DNA of 64,000 bases, from contig NC_043003.1 in NCBI RefSeq assembly GCF_006345805.1, forward strand, positions 101,184,001 through 101,248,000, read 5' to 3'. A model generated the notes under the pieces. That model saw nothing but the letters and a program-made list of their open reading frames with translations, did no database searches and was not told the origin of the DNA. The DNA comes from Octopus sinensis (Eukaryota). This document shows positions 26,892-38,292 of the stretch, in pieces. A program made the position numbers and the translations under genes. The number at the start of each line of letters is the position of its first letter. The first letter of the stretch is position 1.

Positions 26892-26998
26892 GACGACGCG
26901 CGTTGTGTGACAATATATTCGAATCGACAATATCAAACTCAATAATCTCAAAAATTAATATTAATTCAAACCAATGATACATAGCCACTCTTCAGGTC
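26892..26998 (-). ncRNA. Hammerhead motif with mutated GAAA
   Basis: Minus strand: GAC-CTGAAGA-GTGGC...GTCAC-ACAAC-GCGC-GTC-GTC. Confidence 0.75.
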
Positions 26999-28349
26999 TA
27001 AATAACATAAAATAAATTTACAACATGCATGAAGACGTTATAATTAAACTATACATTTAGAAATAAAATTTAACAGTATTAAAGAAAAGTAAAAGCATAA
27101 CTAATCTTATTGATGAGTACCAGTTAACTCCACAAATTAAACATTGCTACTGAAGGAATTATGTCCTCTATTCATATGATTTCCAATTTAGGGGAGATAA
27201 TTCTTATTAATGAATACCTGTACTAAAGAAAATTATATCCTCTATTTTAAAAGATTTCCAGTGTAGGGGAGTTGGTTATTCTACTACTAATAACATTGGT
27301 AACATTATCTCTTCCTTTAATAGATATAAGCTGAATAAGTTTTACATTAATAAATTAAATAATAACTCCAACAATAACAACCAGAATTTAATAAATTGTA
27401 CATGCAGAGATAAGACAAATTGTAAATTTAAAAATAAATGTAATTTGGATGACGTAGTATATAAATGTGTAGTGACTCTGATAGACGATACTACTACTAA
27501 GAATAATTAAAATTTAAATGTGACTTACGTGGGGTCAACATCTAATAAAATTAAACAAAGGGTGGCCCAACACATGCACTCATTTAAGAATAAACAATTG
27601 ATTAATTCAACTGGCCTTAGCAAATATGTATGGGAATTAAAGTCTAAAGCAATTAAGTACAACTTAAATTGGGAGATAGTTTGTAAAACCAAATCTTATA
27701 GAATAGGTAATAAGTTTTGTTTATTCTGTACAAACGAATTTATGGAAATATTACAATCTAATACAAAATTGATTAATTCCCAAGATGAGAGAAAAATAAA
27801 ATGTAGACATAAGTTGAATTACTTACATAATAAGTTTAGCTAGTTTTGAATACATATAAACCCTAATTTAGATTACTAATTATATAGTCATAATTAGTAA
27901 TAGTATAACGAGAATATATTAGCCGTAGATTATGTAGCTTACGTACATAACTAGAATATCATTTAACTAAGAGGTTTATAAAATAGGCAAATAGATTGGT
28001 AAGTATATAACAATTTGTAGACATTCAGCTTATTCTATGGATTTTGTATAAAGTTTTAGTTTCTACATAAATGTGAATTTAGAAATACTTCTCTGTAAAT
28101 GCTATATTACATCATGTTTATCTATAGAGGATATAATTTTCTTTAGATAATAAGAATTATCTCCCCTAAATTGGAAATCATATAAATAGAGGACATCCAT
28201 GTTTAATTTGCGGAGTTAACTGGTACTCATCAATAAGATTAGTTATGTTTCTACTTTTCTTTAATACTGTTAAATTTTATCGATTATTTCTAAATGTATA
28301 GTTTAATTATAACGTCTTCATTTATGTTTTAAATTTATTTTGTTATTTC

Positions 28350-28443
28350 AACCTGAAGAGTGGCTAAGTATCGTTGGTTCGAATTAATATTAAATTTTGA
28401 GATTATCAAGTTTGATATTGTCCGTCACGAAACGCGCATTGTC
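28350..28443 (+). ncRNA. Hammerhead motif with mutated cleavage triplet
   Basis: AAC-CTGAAGA-GTGGC...GTCAC-GAAAC-GCGC-ATT-GTC. Confidence 0.8.
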
Positions 28444-28703
28444 GATTTAATGTGTATTATGTAGTATAGTAATTTTTAGTACAATATTAATAATATATTT
28501 AAATTTATATTTTATCATAGATAATATCTTTCAGTATTAATTGAATTACTTTGATGGAGGTTCTGTCTCTTAATTCTATATATATATATAATATATTGTG
28601 AAATTTGATTTAGTATTACTAAATTGAGTTTGTTTTTCCCCTGTTGCCTTGGAATTTTAAATTCCCTACTATTAATAAATATATATATAAATATAAATAA
28701 ATA

Positions 28704-29923
28704 CAAAGTGGTATCAAAAATTTCCCGGACTGGTTCTATAATGTGCCAATAGATGTAACACATGGTTGAAAGCACAGTGAGAGCTAGCAGTGACCTTCAT
28801 GAGGCAGTATGCCGAGTGACCTCACTGTGCTTACTCTGCAAGTAGTGAAATTTGTGTTTTTGTGATCATGTGTATGCTGTAGTCTGTGATTTTGCCATGA
28901 AACAATGAGCCAATGTGAAAATTTGCGTTCAACTTGAGAAGTCTGCTACAGAGACATTGGGCGGGCATTTCAAAAATGGAAGAACGTCCCTGGAAGACCG
29001 GTCTTGAATGTCACCCCAGATATGTAGAGAAAATTCATAGCTTGTGCATGAGGATTGTCGGAGGACAATCGGCGATACTGCTGATGTTGTTGGTCTGTCA
29101 TATGGGTCAGTGCAAGCAATCCAAACATCTTGATTGAACATGTAGTGTGTCTGGTAAGTTTGTCCCCTACCTGCTAACCCTTGAGCAGAAAGAACATTAC
29201 ATCAAAGTCTGTCAAGATCTCTGTCAGTGTGCCACTGATGACCTATCCTTCATGTCAAGGATTATCATTGGTGATGAGAGTTGGATCTACAGGTATGACC
29301 CTGAGACAAAACAGCAGTCATCACAATGGAAAAGCCCTTCATTCTCCATGACTGAAGAAGGCACAATAGAGCCACAGCTCAATCAAGAGTACGCTCTTTG
29401 TTTTTTGACATTCGTGGTATTGTGCATTGGGAATTCATCCTCCAGGGCCAGACCATCAATCAAAAGTTCTACTGTGATGTTTTGAAGTGTTTGTAGGAGG
29501 ATATTCAGTGAAAGCGACCGGATCTGTGGAGCAAGAAGAACTGGATTCATCATGATGACAATGCACCGTCACCTAGATCTTCTTACCCATGAGTTTCTCA
29601 CCAAAAACAATATGGTATTGCTTCTGCATCCACCCTATTTGCCAGATGTAGCACCTGTGAACTTCTATCTCTTCCCCAGGATGAAAATTTAGCTCAAAGG
29701 TTGCTGTTTTAACACCATTGTCGAGATCCAGAGTGAATCGCAAGTCCTTGACTCGCTTATGGAAAACAACTTCCAGGCTGGATTCCAAAAGTGGCAAGAA
29801 TGCCAGAACAGATGTATTGCCGTGCAAGGTGACTATTCCAAAGAAGATGATGTTAAAACTTAGGTAAATAAGTTATTTTTTATTAAACATAACTAGTCTG
29901 GGAACTTTTTGATACCACTTCAG
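28704..29923 (+). mobile_element. Full-length decayed mariner (different family from 2181-3446)
   Basis: TIRs CAAAGTGGTATCAAAAATTTCCCGGACT / AGTCTGGGAACTTTTTGATACCACTTCAG with TA flanks; FVPYLLT, IGDESWIYRYDPETKQQS, DDNAP and PYLPDVAP motifs. Confidence 0.92.
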
Positions 29924-30484
29924 TATATACATACACACATATATACATATATATATTATTTGTGGCTTAACCAGTTTTGTGTTAAAAGATATATCTCAAG
30001 TCTACCACATGGGATACTGGTGTTCATCTCCATCAGCCAAGATGGCTTTACATGTAGGCTCTACATGCAAGGAAAGACATGTTCAGCATTATCCTTGTCT
30101 ATGAGTCAAATCTGGACTGACCATGCAGATTACAATTTTATGATCTATGTAACCAACAGGTTGAAATTGTGGCCATCATACACTTTCCCTTTCTGCTGAT
30201 CCATGAGATATGATCTGGATAATCCAGGCTATATCTACTGTTAAAATAACTTTTTATTTATTTTTATATTGTTTTCTACTGAAGAAACTGTTTTCTGTGC
30301 CAATACATGATGGGTTACAGCAGTCATGTAAGTTGACATTAGTCATATTCTTGTTTTTCACATTATAAAATTAGTAATGTAAGAATTCCTCACAGATTTA
30401 TATCTAATTAATCAAGGGAAAATGCTGGCTCAGGACAAGCAAAGAAAATCTTATTAGGAAAATTGTCAATGTGATCTAACTTAC

Positions 30485-30682
30485 TTGATTGGTTAACTTC
30501 TGAAATTCTTTCTTGTCATCTTCTGTTATGATATATTCTTCTTCAGTTTCATTCCAACCCATTTCACGCAAAAGTCTTTGCTCTGCCTCTAGAGAGCTTG
30601 AAAGAAGCGAAGTACTGTTGTCTTTCATTGACAACAAATCAATTCCGTTTACTAATTCTTGAGGTGAATTGCAAACATAATT
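30485..30682 (-). CDS. GPBP1: Internal coding exon of a vasculin (GPBP1/GPBP1L1) family gene, 198 bp, phase 0-0
   Basis: Acceptor ttatgttttcAG, donor GTaagt; peptide ...LLSSSLEAEQRLLREMGWNETEEEYIITEDDKKEFQKLTNQ matches the vasculin C-terminal motif LSSSLEAEHRLLKEMGW...LTEDE..EF as recalled. Confidence 0.88.
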
Positions 30683-31383
30683 CTGAAAACATAACATTTA
30701 TAAAGTTTTTATGGTAAATCATATCAATACTGTTATTTATAATTATGTTCTTATTTCACTATTAATGATTTATTCTTCATTATTGTAGCCTAACATAAAA
30801 ATATTTTTTAACTTTATATCATCATTAATATACAACTAACACAATTACTTGGATTTAGCTCTAGTTTGGTTTCACATTACTTTCATTTTCATGAAATATA
30901 GAAAAAGTATTCAAATCCTCGTAGCAATGTGTATTAAGATTCTAAAAAGTCATTTTTTTCACCTTCCACTGTTTTAGAATGTTGGTTTGGTTAGCATTAA
31001 GTTCTGGGCATTGTAGAGGGGTATTTCAAGGTAACACATTACTACACAATTATTAAATGAAGACAAAGATGTTAATAACAATAACTAATATGTTGTTAAA
31101 TATATTTAGTTTCTCAGCTGAGACAATAACAAGAAAAAAGAAAGTGTTTATGAGATACATACACACATATATATAAATGCAAGTGTATGTGGTTATGTAT
31201 GTGTGTTTAGCCTAGAAAGGCTCTGAAACACTGTATCCTCAAGAAAAATGGATGTGATTTTTGAGATCTGTGTCCCAGAGAAAAGGCCATCCATAAATAA
31301 TAGTAGAAAAGTATAATTTTCTGACTGACAACTTTCCCACTCTTTATTTTTCACCACCAATGTATCTCTCTATATATATTTAC

Positions 31384-33195
31384 CAAAGGTGGGCACCATT
31401 AATCGAAAAGTTAACTTTGTTAACCATTAAGTTAACTCCGATACCATTAATCGGTTAATTCTTTAAAAATGTAACAGAAGTTATCGATAAACCATTAGCG
31501 TTAATTTTTATTACAGAAAAAACAAAGGAATCAGTTTCTGCTCTAAAACCACCTAAAAACACCTTTAAAAAGTGCCAAAACTATAAAATCAGTCTTTTTG
31601 GCTTTTTAAAGGGCTTTAGAACCCCAAAACTATAGTATTTTTGGTTTGCATTACAGTTTAAAAAATGCTGATTTTATAGTTTTAATATTTAAAAGACCTA
31701 AAACAGGCTGATTTCATAGTTTTGGGCTTTTTAAAAAGGTTTTTAAAGGCTTTTAGGATCAGAAAAGTGTAAAAAAAAAAACTCAAGTGAAACACAATAT
31801 TACTATTAAGCTAAAAAAGTTTATTGATAAAATGGCCATAAAAACAAAATAAAAATAGAAAAAGTGAAAAACATGATGTATACATAATTTTTCCTCTTCT
31901 TCTCATTCTCCATTTTGTTTATGAGATGCATGTTACCCCTCATGAAAATTAGCCTATCAAAGTTTTCATCAGAATGGAACGATCTCTTGGCTTTCAAAAT
32001 GTCTTGCCCATAGAGAACAAATGCTCTACTGCAGCACTGGAGAGGAAGGCTGTGTTGAACTTGACAAACAAATTCACCAACACTTGCTCACCTAAGAAAG
32101 CAACATCTGTCAGCAAGTCTTTGGAGTTGGTCTCCAGCCAGGTCTTGACCAAATTCTGGGCCTTGTCCTTGAGTGACCTGTGGCTCACTTTGTCAGACTG
32201 CTGCCTCATGGTCTCATCGACCTTACTCTTCATGCTTTCCTCACCTTGACAACCTTGGTGTTGTCATACTTATGCAACCAGATGATGCAAAACCTGGGGT
32301 GGAAGGTAACAGCCAGCTGGCATTCCTCATTGTCCGGGTGGGTCCTAAACCTTTTGTTGATGCCTACCAAAAGTGCATTGACCAATGGGCTGCAGTAGAT
32401 GAGGCCTTCGAGTCCTTGAACCTAAAGATCATCGCAGCAACTATTGGCAGCAGAGTCCCAAGGTATATTATATTATATAATAATATAATATTATTTTATT
32501 ATTAATTTATTACCTAAACATACTCCTTCATTAAGTCGACACCCTGGTCATTGAAGCTGTTGACCTTCAACTGGGTCATGACTCTATGGAGAACAGGCCT
32601 CTTAGTCTCCAGGAGGGTGTTGAGGGTCACCACAGTCATAGATGGAGTTCCACCTCATTATGCCAGGGACAACCAGCCTCCTCCCCACGTCAGCTGCCAT
32701 AGTGCTACGATCTTGCTGGTTCCAAAGGTAATGTGCCTTGGCCATGACAGCCCTGTAGGGCCTCTTGAACACTACACTCTTTTATTGTCAACACTCTTTT
32801 TACCCTTTTCTGGCTCTAAAAGCCTTTAAAAACCTAAAGGCCAAAACTATGAAATCAGCATATTTTCAGGTCTTTTAAAAGTTAAAACTACAAAATCAAC
32901 ATTTTTAACTCTAAAGCAAAAAAAAAAAAAGTTTTGGGGTTCTAAAGGCAAAAAAAAAAGGTTGATTCTATAGTTTTGACACTTTTAAAGGTGTTTTTAG
33001 AGCAAAAACTGATTTTTTGTTTTTTTCTAAAGTAAAAATTAACATTAACTGTTTATCGATAACTTCCATTACATTTTTAAAGAATTAAATATAATGGAAG
33101 TTAATTAGTCCAATAATGAGTTCCAAAGTTAACTTTAAAGTTAAATCGTTTGTTAATTAACAATTAATGGATTTACGGTTTGGTACCCAGGTTTG
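31384..33195 (-). mobile_element. Internally deleted hAT transposon with perfect 8-bp TSD
   Basis: TSD ATATTTAC at 31376-31383 and 33196-33203; TIRs CAAAGGTGGGCACCA / reverse complement CAAACCTGGGTACCA; minus-strand motifs VVPGIMRWNS, FHPRF and FNTAFLSSAAVEHLFS (hATC). Confidence 0.93.
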
Positions 33196-33299
33196 ATATT
33201 TACCATACTCTTTGACACTCACTCTCTTTGCATTGCTTTCATTTCGTTTACAACACATTCTACCAGTATCCAAAGTTTGAAAGTGTTTAGTTAAAAAAA

Positions 33300-34100
33300 A
33301 ATGTATTTATTGACCTGCCGATCAAAAGGAAAAGATCCAAATAGGATCTTGTGGGCTATGGAAAGTATTTACAGGTATGTGAGTAGCATTTTATTTAGTT
33401 ATATCAGAGATACACTTGCAATCAACAAGTAATTATCTGTACGAGAGTCATGGAGGTAGAAGCAATTAGTTAAAAAGTAAATGATTATAAACAGACACTA
33501 ATGGATTCCATCATAGGAGAGTAGTCTGATAGTATATTACTGTACTAAGATGCGTAGCTAAGACAAATACTAGAATAGTTTTTGTGGAGTGTTATTACGT
33601 TGTGAGTACTAATTTCAAGCTTACGAGTAAAGTCCGAAATACACGGTTCATGTGTACATGTCTGAGTTAATATTTAGGCTTGTAGACTATAGTTGAAGTG
33701 GGGTAACTGTGTATTGCAAAACTAGCGTGTAAACCATTCATAGACACTAAAAGTAAGGTTGAGATTGTTATCAATTCTGGATATAAGCAGAAAGTATTTA
33801 TGTTACGGTATAACTTAGGGAGCGTAAATAACCATATGTTGTATTATAATTATAACTGTATCAGGTTAAGTTGTAAAGATTGTAACTTCGTAACCATATG
33901 GAGTAATTATAGTTACAACGGAGTTTATCCTGGCTTATGTGGGGATGATGGGATATACGTGTAGTGTAGATGTTAGATGTATTTTAATTCACCTAGGCAT
34001 ACAAGTACTAGTAGTTATACACATCCAGACACACAGATATATTCCTAATGAGTGTTTAAAATATATGCAGAGATTTATGTTAAGAAGAATATGGAGTAAC
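33300..34100 (-). mobile_element. Possible highly decayed PLE GIY-YIG fragment
   Basis: Minus-strand remnants IVYK, VYFG and NCFYLH in the PLE order; many stops. Confidence 0.35.
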
Positions 34101-34310
34101 ATCCCAAGGAAAAACCAGTGTAATTGAATATTTATATCTATGTATACCTCACGTCTCGTTAGATATAGAATAAATGTATTTATAATTTATAGTTCTTTAT
34201 CGCTCACGCTTCTCCCATAGATTAGGCAAAATATCTCTCTCTCAAATTTAGGTATTTATACCTACTAATAACTATTTCTCTCCAAGAAAGGAATGGCTGC
34301 TGGTTTTCGC

Positions 34311-36753
34311 GGTGCACCCGCTCTCCCACCCACTCCACCGGTACAGGAAGTCCTAAATTTTCTCATCCTTGTCTCCCTTGTACACTTCAAAGTCTTATGC
34401 CACCCTCACCCCCTACTATAAAAGGTAGTGGTCATTCATTGCAAGATACACTTCAAAGTCTTACGCCACCCCCACCTCCTTCCATAAAAGGTAGTGGTCA
34501 TTCATTGCAAGATATGTTTAGTGTTGTGTATGCGGTTTGAACTTGAGTTTTATTGTTTGTCTATGAATCCTGCCAAATGCGAGTTTTCTTTTCAGGTCCA
34601 TGACGCTACTAGGGCCAATACCACCCCCACCCATACTGTCAGGGTTGGCACCCTCAACGTTGGCACCCTCAACGTTGGCACACTAAAAGGCAGATCTGGT
34701 GAGATCGTTGACTTGCTTGAACGGAGGTGTGTTGATATATGCTGCATTCAAGAAGTGAGGTGGAGAGGAGGTTCTGCTAGGTTCCTCACAGGCAAAGGAC
34801 AGAGGTACAAGATTTTCTGGGCTGGGAATACTGATGGGGTCGGGGGTGTGGGCATGCTTATAGTCAGAGTATGTGACAGAATACTTAAGATTAGATTAGT
34901 GCTCCATCATAGTTTAGCAACTATTATATCGGCGTATGCCCCTCAGCCAGGGCTACCTGATGGACAGAAAGACTGTTTCTATGACACCCTACTGCAGACC
35001 GCCTCATTGACAAACGACAGGGACCTTCTCTTTGTGGCTGGTGACTTCAATGGGCATGTTGGACGATGTGCTGGGGGCTTCCATGGCGTACATGGAGGCT
35101 ACGGTTATGGTTCCCGCAACGAGGAGGGAACCAGGCTGCTGGAGTTCTGCGATGCGAATAGTCTTATGGTTTGCAACACTAACTTCAGGAAACCGACAAG
35201 CCACCTGGTCACCTACCGATCGGGCCGGCATACTAGCCAAATCGACTACATCCTTGCCAGAAAAAGGGAAAGATGGCTGCTTATAAATGCCAAAACCTTC
35301 CCAGGCGAAGAATGTACCCCACAACATAGACTGGTAGTTAGTGACTTTAGGATCAGGACTAAGAGGACAACTAGAAGACGACCAACATGGAGAAGAAGGG
35401 TCTGGAAGCTTAAAGACCCTGCAAATGGACAGAGATTTAGAGAGATGTTACTTGAAGCCTTTGATGAAATAGAAGGGGGTATAGCTACACATGGGGTAGA
35501 AGACAACTGGACGCTTCTAAGGGACAACCTGCTGAAAGCCACTGACCAGATCTGTGGCTGGTGCAAAGTCCCCTCAAGACCCAAAATAACGTGGTGGTGG
35601 AACAATATTGTTGACAGGGCTATTAGACAAAAGAAACAGGCTTGGAAGGACTGGAAGAATGGTGGTAGCAGGGAAGTGTATCAGACTGCCAGAAGGGAAG
35701 CTAGGAGGCAGGTGTATTTAGCCAGAGGGGAAGCAGATAAGAAAAAAATTGCCAATGTCCTGCGCCGGGAGGATGAAAGACTTGAGGTATTTCGTGTTGC
35801 AAGACAGTGTGTGAGAGAGAATCGTGACATGGTAGGAGAGAAATGTGTTCGCAAGGATGACGGTTCACTTGCGCTAAATGAGGATGCAAAGAGAGAGGTT
35901 TGGAGACGCCACTATGAAAGGTTGCTGAATGAGGAAAATGAATGGGATAAAGAGAGTCTGCCGAATGTTGACCCAACAGAGGGACCAGCAATCCGAGTTG
36001 ACAGTTCCTTAGTAGTTAAGGCAATTACAGGCATGAAAACAGGGAAAGCCCCAGGTCCATCAGGTATTACTGCAGAGATGCTCAAAATATCTGGTAGTGT
36101 CGGCTATAGCCTACTCACCTGTATAGTTAACCAGGTGATACACGAAGGAGTCATACCCAATGACTGGTGTAGCAGCATAATAGTCAACTGCTACAAAGGT
36201 AAAGGTGACGCCCTAGATACAAATAACTACAGGGGTATCAAGCTGCTGGATCAGGTAATGAAGGTTACGGAGAGGGTTATAGCCCAACTAATTAGAGAGA
36301 GAATTAGCTTAGATGAGATGCAGTTTGGTTTCGTGCCAGGGAGAAGTACTACTGATGCTATATTCCTGGTAAGACAGCTGCAGGAGAAATACCTAGCCAA
36401 AGATAAGCCCCTGTACCTGGCTTTTGTTGACATGGAGAAAGCCTTTGACAGGGTAGCACGTAAAAGCACCATCCGTTCGTGTCCGTTGCCAGCCTCGCCT
36501 GGCCCCCGTGCCGGTGGCACGTAAAACACCATCCGTTCGTGGCCGTTTGCCAGCTCTGTCTGGCACCTGTGCAGGTGGCACGTAAAAAGCACCCACTACA
36601 CTCACGGAGTGGTTGGTGTTAGGAAGGGCATCCAGCCGTAGAAACACTGCCAAATCTGACTGGGCCTGATGAATCCTTCCGGCTTCACAGACCCCAGTTA
36701 AACCGTCCAACCCATGCTAGCATGGAAAACGGACGCTAAATGATGATGATGAT
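34311..36753 (+). mobile_element. RTE LINE copy 3: 676-codon open ORF (APE and N-half of RT) fused to its 3' UTR
   Basis: ORF 34494-36524 is open up to FVDMEKAFDRV, then jumps near 36453 into TGGCACGTAAAA subrepeats and the (GAT)n tail; 5' end GGTGCACCCG with a duplicated UTR segment. Confidence 0.95.
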
Positions 36754-36839
36754 GTATACATACACACACACACACATCTATACATACATATACACTCATG
36801 CACACATACATGTATACACATACACTCACCCTTACATAC

Positions 36840-37014
36840 ACACTAGTAAGGTGTATATTTATAAAGAACGTAATATATAAGGTAAATCGAGTATGTGGAA
36901 TAATTAGAGGGTGTTAATAATCACATATATAGGGAAAGGGTGGACCACATAATTATGAGTGACATTAGGAGAGGATGGCAATCAATTTATATTGTGTTGA
37001 TATTAGGGAAAATA

Positions 37015-37045
<31 letters not shown>

Positions 37046-38250
37046 CTAAAGAGGTTCTAGCACTCGTAATGGTAAATATTAATGGTATTTAGAGAAAGTG
37101 TGTCTAGCCTGATAAAGGCAAAACCCATTTCTCTCTTTATAACTGTTAATTAGAGGAAAATCAGCCTTAAGTATATAAAGTATTTCATTTACACATAACA
37201 TGCATTTCCTATTCCTAGGATCTTCCAGTGTGGGTTATAGCTAATACCTTCATCATTGTGGTCCTATAGTTACTTAAACCAGTTGAGTTCCTCTTATTCC
37301 TGTTTCTGAAGGTATGCAGATGGTGATTAATCCTGTTTTATATGGTTTTGGGTGGCCCCCACATATACCTTATTACTCGACTGAGCACTCACTACACACT
37401 GGTAGACTATTTCCTTTCTATTTCAATTATTACTCAAGACACAATTATTTCTATTTCTACAATCACAAGGCCTATACTGTTGTGTGGGGTCTACACTTGC
37501 ACAGTTATTATGTATATTAGGGGTATCATTAGGTGTGGTATCATTACTATTGTTATGACTGGTGTTATTATTAATGTTATTACTAAGATTGTTGTTATTA
37601 ATGTGTGTATTGTTGTTATTTTTCAAGATATCAATTTTTTTTATTATTTATGGAGGAAATGATAGTAGCCAGGTTATGCGTCGGGCTTATAACCTATTAT
37701 TACTGTTTTACTATTGATGGTTTCCCAGTATTTATTTTTTCCTCTCATAAAGTATTTGTTGATTAGTTTAAAGAGTGTTTTTACCAAGTTCTTTTTAATT
37801 TGCATAGCATATGGTTTATTAGCCAGACAGTATCATTTCCTATGTTCATAAGATTAGGGTTATTGTTCCTTCGTCTATTGTTATTATTAGGGCAGTAACT
37901 TTTATTATTAAATAATACTGACATTATCACTATTTATGGAGATGATGATGGGTGCCTACTTGAGAATTCTTATGTTATTCATTTTTCCTTTCTTATATCT
38001 GCATTTGTCACTAGAATTTAATACATAGATGTAATGGAATCTTTACTGGCTGATGTTTGTCAATTTTATATCCTCTCCATTTTATTATTTGCCTTATAAA
38101 TCCTGGGTAAATCTTCAATTTACCCCCACCCACAACTATTATTTAATATTGTCATGCAATAGTAAGCACTCGGTTGAAAATACGTAGGTACACATCCAGT
38201 AGTATATTGGATATTCAATATACCTTAGATAGTTTCTTCTAACTCATACA
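36840..38250 (-). mobile_element. Decayed Penelope-like element (GIY-YIG end), head-to-head with the next PLE
   Basis: Minus strand: CDCRNRNNCVLSNN...IVYQCVV...KVYVGATQNHIK...NSTGLS...CMLCVNEILYIL. Confidence 0.8.
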
Positions 38251-38253
38251 GAT

Positions 38254-38289
<36 letters not shown>

Positions 38290-38292
<3 letters not shown>

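Larger units (their letters stand above)
26750..28588 (+). mobile_element. 5'-truncated Penelope-like element with inverted pLTRs (arms about 26750-27209 and 28148-28588)
   Basis: Arms are reverse complements (AGAATTAAGAGACAGAACCTCCATC / GATGGAGGTTCTGTCTCTTAATTCT); GIY-YIG ORF 27520-27843 (VYKC...TYVGSTSNKIKQRVAQH); (TA)n on both sides. Confidence 0.92.

Noticed and set aside
34290-34380. HDV-like or twister ribozyme at the RTE 5' ends
   Set aside because: These are expected from other RTE families, but only a small GCGG/CCGC hairpin is visible and I could not fit the nested pseudoknot.
37105-37175. CTGATAA-AGGC...GCCTT motif on the plus strand
   Set aside because: It is the antisense of the minus-strand GIY-YIG C-terminal coding sequence and has no GAAA.
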